A stretch of DNA of 32,000 nt from Candidatus Nitrosopumilus koreensis AR1 (GTDB lineage: Archaea > Thermoproteota > Nitrososphaeria > Nitrososphaerales > Nitrosopumilaceae). The DNA is taken from positions 720,001 to 752,000 of the forward strand of contig NC_018655.1 of the NCBI RefSeq assembly GCF_000299365.1, in the 5' to 3' direction. The translations under genes and the position numbers were made by a program. Shown piece by piece: positions 1 through 8,498 of the stretch. Under the pieces are notes generated by a model. That model had not been told where the DNA came from. It worked only from the letters and a program-made list of their open reading frames with translations, and did no database searches. Within the stretch, counting starts at the first letter, position 1. Every line of letters begins with the position of its first letter.

Positions 1-261
1 GGCGAGGTAATTGCAGAAAGTGACGATACTGTGGTGGTAGAAGGAAATCATTACTTTCCAATTGATTCTATCAAAAAGGAATATTTTGAGAAAACTGACA
101 TGACCAGTTTTTGTGGATGGAAAGGAATGGCAAATTATTATTCTGTTACAGTTAATGGGAAAACGAACAAAGATTGTGCATGGTATTATGCAGAACCAAA
201 TGATGCTGCCATGAAAATTAAAGGAATGGTTGCATTTTGGAATGGCGTTGAAGTAAAATAA
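1..261 (+). CDS. DUF427-like protein, 5' truncated by the window edge
   Basis: Frame 1 is open from base 1 (GEVIAESDDTVVVEGNHYFPIDSIKKEYF...W..VEVK) to a stop at 259-261; pattern resembles DUF427 small proteins. Confidence 0.7.
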   Translation, partial: GEVIAESDDTVVVEGNHYFPIDSIKKEYFEKTDMTSFCGWKGMANYYSVTVNGKTNKDCAWYYAEPNDAAMKIKGMVAFWNGVEVK

Positions 262-296
262 TCCTACTTAATTATTAGAAAAACTATAGGGATTTT

Positions 297-684
297 GTGA
301 AACAGTATACTGCACTTCTTGGTATTGGTGTAGGTGTGATTGTAATTATTGGTGTAATTTTTGGTGCAGATTTTTTCAAGTTTTCTGTATCTACACAAGA
401 CTATGAAATCTTTGTTGATCCACTTTTAGATGAACAAGGGATGTTTACCATGGGACGCGTCACAATCCAAAATATTGGTGCCAAGCCAATAACAAATGTC
501 CACATCAATTTTGGTGATGGGGATACGCTAGACATTCAAACTCTAGCTGTTGGGCAAAAAAATTCTTGTCTCTCCTCCTCCTGAAAACTCGATGGAATTT
601 GTGATGATCAGTGCTGATAATGAGATATTTGTAAACAAGGCCTACCGTGAAATGCCAAAAATGGTGGGTATGATGGGTTCTTGA
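297..684 (+). CDS. Conserved hypothetical membrane-anchored protein, interrupted by an apparent 1-nt frameshift in an A7 run (ORF track shows only 297..584)
   Basis: N-terminal TM helix (YTALLGIGVGVIVIIGVIFG), then a beta-rich domain. Removing one A from 556-562 continues the ORF as ...VGQKILVSPPPENSMEFVMISADNEIFVNKAYREMPKMVGMMGS*, ending at 684. Confidence 0.6.
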
Positions 685-727
685 TCTTTGCTAGCAGTTA
701 AATTCTGTAATAATTCAGTATTTTTGC

Positions 728-1552
728 TTGAAATTTCTTACCAGTGGGAAGGTAAAGGATCTTTATGATGTTGATGAAACCACTTTACTCTTCAAGTTCT
801 CTGACCGGGTTTCAGCATATGATGTGAAATTCAAACAAGACATTCCTAGAAAAGGGGAGGTTTTGTGCAAATTTGCTGAATTTTGGTTCAATGAGTTACC
901 TGTCCCAAATCATTTCATAAAGCGTGAGTCTGATACTGAGATACTTGTAAAGAAGATGAAGATGCTTCCAATCGAGTGTGTTGTTCGTGGTTATTTTTAT
1001 GGCAGTCTTGTAAGTAGATGGAAAAAAGGCACCGTCAAAGTACCTGAAGGAACTGATACAACTCTTGCTGCAAAACTTCTTGAGCCTATGTTTGATCCTA
1101 CCACAAAATCAGAACACGATATTCCAATTGATAAAACAAAAGCAATTGAAATGAAACTAGTCACTGAGGAACAGTATCACTGGTTGGAAAAAACTTCGAT
1201 TGAAATTTACAAAAAGATGGCAAAGATTGCAGATGATGTTGGTTTTATCTTGGCTGATTTGAAATTAGAGTTTGGAATTTTAGATGGCCAAATTACTTTG
1301 GGTGATTCTATAGGTCCTGATGAGTATCGCTTGTGGCCAAAGGACTCCTTCGAGGTGGGTAAAATCCAAGAAGCATATGACAAACAACTTTTGCGTGACT
1401 GGTTAACTGCAAACGGATATCAAAAACAATTTGATGATGCACGTGATGCTGGCCAAGAACCAGTGGCACCTGAAATTCCCTCTGAGATTATTTCAAAAAT
1501 GACAGAACGTTATGTTACTGCATATGAAAAACTCTCTGGCAAGCAACTGTGA
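728..1552 (+). CDS. purC: Phosphoribosylaminoimidazole-succinocarboxamide synthase (SAICAR synthetase)
   Basis: Characteristic blocks: [56 protein letters not shown]. Confidence 0.96.
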   Translation: MKFLTSGKVKDLYDVDETTLLFKFSDRVSAYDVKFKQDIPRKGEVLCKFAEFWFNELPVPNHFIKRESDTEILVKKMKMLPIECVVRGYFYGSLVSRWKKGTVKVPEGTDTTLAAKLLEPMFDPTTKSEHDIPIDKTKAIEMKLVTEEQYHWLEKTSIEIYKKMAKIADDVGFILADLKLEFGILDGQITLGDSIGPDEYRLWPKDSFEVGKIQEAYDKQLLRDWLTANGYQKQFDDARDAGQEPVAPEIPSEIISKMTERYVTAYEKLSGKQL

Positions 1553-1900
1553 TTGTTGTTTTGTGTTTAATGTTGACTAGTAGCTAACTTTCAACTCGAA
1601 TTGTATTTTTGAAAATATGCAAATTTGTGTCATGATGACGTATTTTCGGACATCTCTCTCCTGGATCCTCCTTTTTTGTTATTTTACAAAAAATTTCAAA
1701 CCGTTACAATAATTCTTTATCCAATACAATATTCATTGTAGTGGTATCGTTTTTACTAGTTGCACTATGATAATTATTATAGTAATGATGATTGGATTGA
1801 TAGCGGTATAATCTTTTTGAAAATGGAAAAAAATTGATGCGATTAGACAAAAAAATATGATACAAGGATCTTTTAGATCAAAAATAAAGGTAATTTCAGC

Positions 1901-2404
1901 ATGTCTACATTATTAGAAAAACCAATCAAAGTAAATCGTATTGTTACGACAAGTATTGAACACGCACGAGCAATTGAAGACCCTGCACGCGCAAAAATTG
2001 TTGAGATTTTGTATCATCAAGCTATGTCAGCTGACCAGATCACAACTGCATTAAAAAAATCTGGATTCAAAAAAGCACTAACTACAATTCGTCATCATTT
2101 AGAAATTCTAAAAGAATCTGGGTTAATACAAATTGTAAAGATTGAAGAATCTCGTGGTGCCATAACAAAATTTTACAGCACTTCTACAAAACTACTTGAT
2201 TTTCAAACCCCTGAAGATTTTGAATCAAAGTATTCCAAAATAATCGACAACACATCCACAAAAATTGAAAAAATCCTCAAAGGGTTAACTCCTAAAACTG
2301 GAAAGTCAAAAGGGAAAAAATCTGAAGAGTATTCTCAGTATTTGGTCATGGAAATCATGAATCGTGCCATGACAAACGTGCTTGAGAACTCTGGCAAAAA
2401 ATAA
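1901..2404 (+). CDS. ArsR-like winged-helix transcriptional regulator
   Basis: N-terminal wHTH: ARAKIVEILYHQAMSADQITTALKKSGFKKALTTIRHHLEILKESGLIQIVKIEESRGAITKFY. Confidence 0.8.
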   Translation: MSTLLEKPIKVNRIVTTSIEHARAIEDPARAKIVEILYHQAMSADQITTALKKSGFKKALTTIRHHLEILKESGLIQIVKIEESRGAITKFYSTSTKLLDFQTPEDFESKYSKIIDNTSTKIEKILKGLTPKTGKSKGKKSEEYSQYLVMEIMNRAMTNVLENSGKK

Positions 2405-2441
2405 TCGCTACACCTAAGTATTTCGTGCAAGAAATTCTTGC

Positions 2442-2762
2442 ATGGTACGAGTGTTTTACAGCCAAAAAACAGAAGATCTAATTGAAAAGATGACTCTTAC
2501 TAATTGGCGCAAACAAGTTCAGCAAGAACTTGGTAAAGAACACCAAGATATGTCTGATAATTGGAAAATGTGTGCAATTGGTGAGCGAATAAAGATTGAA
2601 GGAAAAGATCTTGAATCAATAAAAGATCTTTCTCCTGAGGCGATCAAACTTGGATATGAATTTTCAGTTGCAATGCAAGAAAAAGACAACCAAAAAGCAC
2701 TTGAAATCATTACAAAAATCGAACAACTGCCAACAATATGGAGAAGTGAAATTAATGGATGA
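2442..2762 (+). CDS. Hypothetical protein
   Basis: 106-codon ORF directly upstream of, and overlapping, the PPOX-like gene. Confidence 0.6.
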   Translation: MVRVFYSQKTEDLIEKMTLTNWRKQVQQELGKEHQDMSDNWKMCAIGERIKIEGKDLESIKDLSPEAIKLGYEFSVAMQEKDNQKALEIITKIEQLPTIWRSEING

Positions 2763-3159
2763 AAAAGTAAAAAAATTATTTTCTGAAAAAAATCTTGTAT
2801 TCATTGCAACTGTTATGAAAGATGGTTCGCCACAAATTTCACCTGTTTGGGGCAATTATGAAGATGGTTATGTGATGGTAAACACTGCTGAGGGCAGAAT
2901 AAAACACAAAAATGTTTTACGTGATCCTCGTGTTGCAGTTTCTGTTGTTTCAAAGGACAACCCTCTTGATATGACAACAATTCGTGGAGTTGTTGAAGAA
3001 CTAATTCCAGATTATAATTACAAACATGCAGATAAATTAACACAACAATACATGGGGCGCGAACACTATCCCTTCAAACGTGATGGTGAAAAAAGAGTTA
3101 TTCTAAAAATAAAACCTATCAAGGTTTTTGTTTTGCCTGAATTAAAGATGTCCGAGTAA
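2755..3159 (+). CDS. PPOX-class (pyridoxamine 5'-phosphate oxidase-like / F420-dependent) flavin-binding-fold protein
   Basis: MDEKVKKLFSEKNLVFIATVMKDGSPQISPVWGNYEDGYVMVNTAEGRIKHKNVLRDPRVAVSVV is a typical PPOX N-terminus. The ORF track start at 2650 is probably too early; ATG at 2755 fits the family and overlaps the upstream stop. Confidence 0.85.
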   Translation: MDEKVKKLFSEKNLVFIATVMKDGSPQISPVWGNYEDGYVMVNTAEGRIKHKNVLRDPRVAVSVVSKDNPLDMTTIRGVVEELIPDYNYKHADKLTQQYMGREHYPFKRDGEKRVILKIKPIKVFVLPELKMSE

Positions 3160-3170
3160 CAATTCTCAAT

Positions 3171-3194
3171 GTTTCTAAACTCGAATTTAGAAAC
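3171..3194. repeat. TCGA-centred palindrome copy 1 (GTTTCTAAAC-TCGA-ATTTAGAAAC)
   Basis: 24-nt inverted repeat with one mismatch, in a convergent intergenic gap; flanked further out by tctcaat / attgaga. Confidence 0.85.
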
Positions 3195-3240
3195 ATAATA
3201 AATTGAGAATGTTAATTATAAAAAAGTTAGCATAGACAGC

Positions 3241-3612
3241 TTAACGTCGACGTTTAGCTGCCTTTCTCTTTGGAGCGGCTTTGCGTTTTGCTGCTGCCTT
3301 TCTCTTTGGAGCTGCTTTTCTTTTAGCTGCAGTTTTTCTCTTTGGAGCGGCTTTGCGTTTTGCTGCTGCCTTTCTCTTTGGAGCTGCTTTTCTTTTAGCT
3401 GCAGTTTTTCTCTTTGGAGCTGCTCTACGTTTAGCTGCGGTTCTCCTTTTTGGAGCTGCTGCTTTAGTAGCTGCACTTCTTCTACGTGCTGCTTTTCTCT
3501 TACGAGATGCTGCTGCTTTTACTGCCTCTGCTGCTTTCTTAGCTGCATTTCTCTTTCGAGTTCGTGCTGCTTTTTTAGCTGCTTCGGCCCTTTTGGCTTT
3601 AGATATTGCCAT
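3241..3612 (-). CDS. Lys/Ala/Pro-rich repetitive basic protein, histone H1 / HctB-like
   Basis: MAISKAKRAEAAKKAARTRKRNAAKK... then repeats of AAPKRKTAAKRK / AAPKRKAAAKRK. Start taken at MAIS (3612) rather than the in-frame MKKI at 3624. Confidence 0.8.
   Translation of the reverse strand: MAISKAKRAEAAKKAARTRKRNAAKKAAEAVKAAASRKRKAARRRSAATKAAAPKRRTAAKRRAAPKRKTAAKRKAAPKRKAAAKRKAAPKRKTAAKRKAAPKRKAAAKRKAAPKRKAAKRRR
3261..3430 (-). repeat. Tandem coding repeat: 36-nt (12-aa) unit, 72-nt higher-order period
   Basis: ctctttggagcggctttgcgttttgctgctgcctttctctttggagctgcttttcttttagctgcagt recurs with a 72-nt offset. Confidence 0.85.
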
Positions 3613-3714
3613 GATTTTTTTCAAAAATCATGTGTGTTATATGGTAAAAGTCACACAATACTACGCAAGCTATAGAAAAATTTGACACTTTTTTTTGATT
3701 TTAAAAATTACCGA

Positions 3715-4206
3715 TCAACAATTTGTTATACAAACAACAGCTGTATCTGTTGTTGATTGTTCTTTTTGTGGCCTGATGATTATTTTGTATGATTTTTCTT
3801 CATCAAATGGAATATCAAACTGTGTTGTTTTTTCTACTGGTTTGTTTGGCTCTAACCATTCTAAAAGTAGGTCTTTAGATGAAAATTCACCATAAACTGC
3901 TTCGTGTTTTTGCTCTTTTTCATCAACTATGTAAAATTGTCCTCCTGAAAGCAATGTTTTATCATCTCCTGTGTATTTTGCGGTAATTCCGATCATCACA
4001 AAGGTGTTTTCTGGTTTTACTTCTTTGCTTCCCTCATGTGTTCCTTCAAATGTGATGACATATTCGACTGGCCCCACAGAAACTGTCTCTCCTGTAACTG
4101 TTTCGATGTAGTTTGTTTGGTATTCTGTATACATGTACATTGCAATTGCCATTGAGGCAACTATTGCTCCAATTACTACCATTATTCCTAGACCTGCCAC
4201 AAAAAA
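3715..4206 (-). CDS. Membrane-anchored hypothetical protein with an extracytoplasmic beta-rich domain (DUF4352-like appearance)
   Basis: N-terminal TM segment (VAGLGIMVVIGAIVASMAIAMYMYTEY) and a ~120-aa domain. The ORF track start at 4329 looks too early; a GTG or ATG at about 4182-4206 is preferred. Confidence 0.55.
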   Translation of the reverse strand, partial: FFVAGLGIMVVIGAIVASMAIAMYMYTEYQTNYIETVTGETVSVGPVEYVITFEGTHEGSKEVKPENTFVMIGITAKYTGDDKTLLSGGQFYIVDEKEQKHEAVYGEFSSKDLLLEWLEPNKPVEKTTQFDIPFDEEKSYKIIIRPQKEQSTTDTAVVCITNC

Positions 4207-4424
4207 ATCATGGTTTTTTTGATATATAGTTGCATAGTTTGGGAAAAAAGCGTCTAGACCCCGTGCAAAATTGCACAAGTGAGAGGGGTGGGGCCTAAAC
4301 TCTGATAGTATTACGCTTAATTGTAACATAAGATCCGCGGAAAATTATGGCGATCAGGAGTTCCATTATGGTATTTTTACCCTTTTTTACACAATTATTG
4401 AATTTGGTATTGTATTCTGTATGA

Positions 4425-5090
4425 TTGTATGAAAATCTTTTTTTCCTATCATGGTTGACAAAATTTGTGGAACTTGTCAGTGCCGAGGCAATTATAGCCA
4501 TAATTTCTGTAGGTGCTATTATTGTCACATTATTCTTGAATATCAAGGCCCAAAACTCTGTTTCTCGTGGCCAATTTGCAACTCTTTTGAATAGTTTGTC
4601 TCAAGAACATTCAAAACTTCTTGAACAAGAAGATAACCTAAAATCTATTGAATCTTGCTTTAATTACTCGTTTGCCTATATTGATCTTCTCAACAGAATT
4701 GCATATTTGTGTAGTGACCGAAAAATACCTTCAGAGATTGGTAATTATTTTGAAAGATTTTTTGAATATGTTCAATTAATGATGATTTGGTATGATGATA
4801 CAGTTTCTTGGGATCAGAAAACTCCTGCAAAAAAACGTTGGAATTACATTGTGGAATGGTGTGAAGGTCGTATTCCTGCAGATGGTGATAGAGGTGATTT
4901 ACCTAAAATAATGCACAAAATTTGGGACCAATATGAGGAATTAAATCTTAAAGCTACTTTTCCACGATTTTTTGAAATTAAAAAAATTGAGTTTGGGGAT
5001 AGAACAAAAGAAGAACAAAATGAATTTGAAAAACTGCAAATAAAAATTAGAGAAAAAGAACGAGAAATTGATAAAATTAATGGGGTTTAG
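4425..5090 (+). CDS. Hypothetical protein with an N-terminal TM helix and coiled-coil C-terminus
   Basis: 221-codon ORF; TM helix SAEAIIAIISVGAIIVTLFLNI; charged C-terminal helix. Confidence 0.6.
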   Translation: MYENLFFLSWLTKFVELVSAEAIIAIISVGAIIVTLFLNIKAQNSVSRGQFATLLNSLSQEHSKLLEQEDNLKSIESCFNYSFAYIDLLNRIAYLCSDRKIPSEIGNYFERFFEYVQLMMIWYDDTVSWDQKTPAKKRWNYIVEWCEGRIPADGDRGDLPKIMHKIWDQYEELNLKATFPRFFEIKKIEFGDRTKEEQNEFEKLQIKIREKEREIDKINGV

Positions 5091-5274
5091 CTTTTAGGCA
5101 CGACTCTAAAAGATCATACATGTTTAGCTGGGACATCAAGGTGGTTTGAGGATTGCATTTCATATCTAGGCACAAGTGTTCAACCCCCCACCAAAACACC
5201 TGATTTTGAAAAAATGGTATTGTGCCTAATTGCAGTAAAATTAGAGGGGGGTTTAACGCCTAGGCATAAATTGT

Positions 5275-5430
5275 TTATTTTAGAAAATTTTGTGTAATCT
5301 CTCCAATCCACTCGGAAACTTGAACAAATATCTCTGATGAAAAAATTCTAAAGCTATCAAAGAGGTTGTTGGTTGTTTCAAATGACTCGTTTACTGAATT
5401 CTCATCAATCTGTAATGAGTTAATCTCCAT
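5275..5430 (-). CDS. Small hypothetical ORF (51 aa), not in the ORF track
   Basis: Translated by hand: MEINSLQIDENSVNESFETTNNLFDSFRIFSSEIFVQVSEWIGEITQNFLK*. Coding status uncertain. Confidence 0.35.
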   Translation of the reverse strand: MEINSLQIDENSVNESFETTNNLFDSFRIFSSEIFVQVSEWIGEITQNFLK

Positions 5431-5533
5431 ATTTTTTCATCAAAATCTTGTGATTTTACCTTCTGCTTGTCCATCTGAACATACATTTTCTGTCAAAATA
5501 GGGGGGTTTTTTGGCAATATTTTATCAAAAACA

Positions 5534-5659
5534 CTAACTTAGCAGAACTGATGACATTAATTTCTCAACTAATGCCAGAGTACTATCCATCATTTTGTCT
5601 GCAAGTTCTGTTGCAGGGCCAATGATTAATTCCATGTTCAATATTGAATCTAATTCCAT
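5534..5659 (-). CDS. Small hypothetical ORF (41 aa), not in the ORF track
   Basis: Translated by hand: MELDSILNMELIIGPATELADKMMDSTLALVEKLMSSVLLS*. Coding status uncertain. Confidence 0.3.
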   Translation of the reverse strand: MELDSILNMELIIGPATELADKMMDSTLALVEKLMSSVLLS

Positions 5660-6250
5660 GCAAATTCTGTGGATTTTTTTATATTAATCACTTGTATGTT
5701 AAATGAAAATACACTCATTTCTTGAACTTTTTATGTAAAATTCTCATTAAAAAGAATTGTTTGGGTTTTCGGCATTTACACATTCAATGTTTCAGTTCTT
5801 TTTGAACTGTTTTAACAATGAAATGAATTGCTAATGCAAGCCCCATGACTTTGAAGAAATTATTCATGGGCCGAAACCTCCTGTTTTTCATAGGAATTCA
5901 GAATCTCATCTATTATTTTGATGATGTTCACTTCTGAACCAACTCCCCTTTTATCGTGTTTTCCAATTGGATTCTGTTAACATTGATGCTAACATTAATC
6001 TCAAAGTTTTTTGTTGCATGTCTGAACAATATGTTAAATTTGTTCATTTTACAAACACCATTAAAGTTGCAATCATGGTCAAAACAAAAACTTTGTTTTT
6101 TGAAGCCTTAAATCTGAGAATTTGACTTTCTATGAAACCTGTTTTTGATTTGCACCTTGTTTGTTTTTTTGTTGAAATTATTGTTGTTTTCATACTATGT
6201 TTTGATAAATTTATGATAAAAAACTCGCGTAGAACTGATAAATCATCTAT

Positions 6251-6700
6251 TTAGAATGTCTTCATTAGAAATCTTGAGGTCTTTTCATGCATTTCTGAGA
6301 CTCTGTCAATTGCATCAAACAATCCTTGCTGGTTGATGTTTTCTTCCTTGTCTAGTACCACATAAACTCCGATTTTGCGTTTTCCGTCTTCTGTGGTATT
6401 TTTGTTAATTGCCTGTATTGTGTAGCAATAATCTGCTACTTTTTTCTCAAATTTCTCTTTCTCTTCTTCATTGAATCTCAAATATCTTGCAATCTGGTTG
6501 TTTTTCATGACGACTTTGGAGCCAATAACTAAAATTCCTTGTTGTGCCTTTGGCTCAAAAATTTCTACAGGAACTCCTGCGGGACCTGCATGCTTTACTA
6601 GAATTTGAAACACATTTTCAGGATCTTTTACATCTTCAAATGACAATCCTTCGTGAGTTAGCCATCTTTCCACATTGTCTCTCATTCTTGATGCAGCCAT
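6251..6700 (-). CDS. Conserved hypothetical protein (DUF2299-like)
   Basis: 149-aa ORF with coherent composition (ERWLTHEGLSFEDVKDPENVFQILVKHAG...). Family assignment is from memory. Confidence 0.65.
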   Translation of the reverse strand: MAASRMRDNVERWLTHEGLSFEDVKDPENVFQILVKHAGPAGVPVEIFEPKAQQGILVIGSKVVMKNNQIARYLRFNEEEKEKFEKKVADYCYTIQAINKNTTEDGKRKIGVYVVLDKEENINQQGLFDAIDRVSEMHEKTSRFLMKTF

Positions 6701-6763
6701 CGTAAATTATTGCAATGCAGTTCTATATGATTCTAAATCAATTGATCACACTGCTAAATTTAT

Positions 6764-6793
6764 AATATTTCTAAACTCGAATTTAGAAATATT
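6764..6793. repeat. TCGA-centred palindrome copy 2 (AATATTTCTAAAC-TCGA-ATTTAGAAATATT)
   Basis: 30-nt inverted repeat with one mismatch, upstream of the 6251..6700 gene. Confidence 0.88.
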
Positions 6794-6815
6794 GTTAATC
6801 TCTACTAGTAAAACA

Positions 6816-7094
6816 CTAGACGTTTACATCAAAGCCTGAATCTAATCCTGGGATGGATGCTGCAAGTGTGATGTTCAAAACAATTCCAATTGCCATCATT
6901 ATTAGCCCTAAATACAAACAATATCTTGCCTTGCGAGGATCATCTTTTCGCAAAATAAAAAATGCAATTATTCCTCCAATCAGACCTACAAAAATTGGCA
7001 ACAAAAACCACGCATTGCTTCTTTGTTTTTCTGGATAGGACATCGTAAAATTATTTTGCAGTAGCTGCTTTTTTCTGTAACTGTGTGATTTCAA
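6816..7094 (-). CDS. Small membrane protein with two predicted TM helices
   Basis: 92-aa ORF; WFLLPIFVGLIGGIIAFFIL and YCLYLGLIMMAIGIVLNITLAA. Confidence 0.55.
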   Translation of the reverse strand: MKSHSYRKKQLLQNNFTMSYPEKQRSNAWFLLPIFVGLIGGIIAFFILRKDDPRKARYCLYLGLIMMAIGIVLNITLAASIPGLDSGFDVNV

Positions 7095-7299
7095 TTTCTA
7101 CAGTCTCTAGTGGATCTTCTACTTGATTTCGTTTAATTGAAAACATTTTTGGTTTTTCAAAGTCATCAGTGCAATCAGGGCATGCATAAACCAGTACTCT
7201 GTGTTCGTTTGGTGCTTTTGGGTTTGATAATCTAGGGTAATACACTAGTCTTGCGCCACAATCAACACAATATCTGTTGGTCCTTCTAGTTCTGACCAA
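7051..7299 (-). CDS. Small zinc-ribbon-like hypothetical protein
   Basis: Two CxxC pairs: YCVDCG and YACPDC. Confidence 0.6.
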   Translation of the reverse strand: MVRTRRTNRYCVDCGARLVYYPRLSNPKAPNEHRVLVYACPDCTDDFEKPKMFSIKRNQVEDPLETVEIEITQLQKKAATAK

Positions 7300-7386
7300 T
7301 GTAAACCTCCTGCATTATTCTAGATATGCGATCATCTATTAGATCTATGTTGTCTAATAGTGTAAACCAATTGCTGTCAACCGATC

Positions 7387-7416
7387 AATATTTCTAAATT
7401 CGAATTTAGAAATATT
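7387..7416. repeat. TCGA-centred palindrome copy 3, perfect 30-bp (AATATTTCTAAAT-TCGA-ATTTAGAAATATT)
   Basis: Left arm 7387-7399 is the exact reverse complement of right arm 7404-7416. Confidence 0.92.
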
Positions 7417-7460
7417 ATTTTTCTATAATCTGGGTCATGTCTCTAGTATCAAAATAAAAT

Positions 7461-7484
7461 GTTTCAAAACTCGAGTTTAGAAAT
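7461..7484. repeat. TCGA-centred palindrome copy 4, degenerate (GTTTCAAAAC-TCGA-GTTTAGAAAT)
   Basis: Same layout with two arm mismatches, immediately 3' of the tRNA-Asn gene. Confidence 0.7.
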
Positions 7485-7487
7485 AAA

Positions 7488-7564
7488 TGGCGCCGCCCAT
7501 CAGACTTGAACTGACGACCGTCCGATTAACAGTCGGATGCTCTACCACGCTGAGCTAGGGCGGC
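7488..7564 (-). tRNA. tRNA-Asn (anticodon GTT), with encoded CCA
   Basis: Minus strand: GCCGCCC TA GCTC AGCGTGGTA GAGC A TCCGA CTGTTAA TCGGA CGGTC GTCAG TTCAAGT CTGAT GGGCGGC G CCA. Acceptor, anticodon and T stems all pair; loop CTGTTAA gives GTT. Confidence 0.96.
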
Positions 7565-7636
7565 AACATGTTTGTACCTCGATAAAAGTGATTTAATCCT
7601 TGCGACTATACAATTTAGACCAAAGTTGTCTGTAGT

Positions 7637-7924
7637 TTAGTTAAATTTGGCAAAAAATTCTTTGATTTCTTTTGAATGGCTTTCAACCAATTCGATTATC
7701 TCCAAGTGTTCATCAGCTGTTGGTTCTCTTTGATGCACAACTTGAAATGCACTTAATGCAGAACCAACCATCTCTCCGACAAAAAACCCACACAAAAAGT
7801 CTCCAATCTTTTCACAGTTCCATATCTCTCCTACTCTGGGAGAAGCTCCTGATTTTTTGTATAAATCTAAAGTCTGCTGAATCAAGTCCGTTGTCTGTTT
7901 AGCAAACTCTGGGTCTAGGGTCAT
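7637..7924 (-). CDS. Conserved hypothetical protein
   Basis: 95-aa ORF closely spaced with rpl6. Confidence 0.55.
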   Translation of the reverse strand: MTLDPEFAKQTTDLIQQTLDLYKKSGASPRVGEIWNCEKIGDFLCGFFVGEMVGSALSAFQVVHQREPTADEHLEIIELVESHSKEIKEFFAKFN

Positions 7925-7940
7925 CAGAAAAACTGAAATT

Positions 7941-8498
7941 TTATTTCTCTAAACCTTTTTTCTTTTCATAGACGTAGATGCCATCTAAGAAAACTCTATG
8001 ATCTTTGTTCTTTACTTTGGTTTTTAATTCAATGTTTGCTGCAGTTTGTGTAACGTCTGTCCAAACCTCTCCAGTAATAATGACATCTTCGCCTTTTGGT
8101 GTTACTTTGGTATTTCCCATGATGTGTGTGATTCTTGGTGCCCTTTCACCTTGATAGTTTTCGATTAGAACTTTTTTTCCTTCGACTTTGACTGTAATTG
8201 GAAAGTGTGCAAAGACTACCTTCATCTTTATTGTGTATCCCTCTACTAGACCTTCGCAGATGTTTCGAATTATTGATCTTGCGGTATGCAAAATTGCATA
8301 ATCTTTTTTTCTTTCACCAATTGTTTTCAAGTTTATTTTGTCTTCTGCAATGTCGATATTTACTGGAATATTTCTAAAACTTTTGTGTGTTTTTCCAAGT
8401 GGGCCTTCAAACATTAGCATGTGTTTGTTTTGTGTGACCTTGACTCCTTCAGGAATTGTTACCTGGTCTTGCATTTTTTCGAGTTGACTAGTAGACAT
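7941..8498 (-). CDS. rpl6: 50S ribosomal protein L6 (uL6)
   Basis: MLMFEGPLGKTHKSFRN..., TIKMKVVFAHFPITVKVEGKKVLIENYQGERAPR; ribosomal context. Confidence 0.94.
   Translation of the reverse strand: MSTSQLEKMQDQVTIPEGVKVTQNKHMLMFEGPLGKTHKSFRNIPVNIDIAEDKINLKTIGERKKDYAILHTARSIIRNICEGLVEGYTIKMKVVFAHFPITVKVEGKKVLIENYQGERAPRITHIMGNTKVTPKGEDVIITGEVWTDVTQTAANIELKTKVKNKDHRVFLDGIYVYEKKKGLEK

Noticed and set aside
2650-2754. N-terminal extension of the PPOX-like ORF (MDMNFQLQCKKKTTKKHLKSLQ...)
   Set aside because: This is an alternate frame of the upstream gene. The family-typical N-terminus starts at 2755.
2519-3043. Minus-strand ORFs 2519..2710, 2664..2855 and 2813..3043
   Set aside because: Antisense shadows of the 2442..2762 and PPOX-like genes.
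3261-3430. Possible CRISPR-like array
   Set aside because: Units are contiguous with no unique spacers and are in frame with a basic protein, so this is a coding tandem repeat.
3216-3685. ORFs 3216..3476 (-, MQLLKQQLQKGEPQLN...) and 3281..3685 (+, MRFAAAFLFGAAFLLAA...)
   Set aside because: Out-of-frame and antisense readings of the repetitive H1-like gene. The periodic composition comes from the DNA repeat, not independent coding.
4207-4329. N-terminal extension of the 3715..4329 ORF
   Set aside because: The extension (MLQLSVILSEFRPHPSHLCNFARG...) lacks typical coding character. Start is more likely just before the TM helix, with this stretch as promoter.
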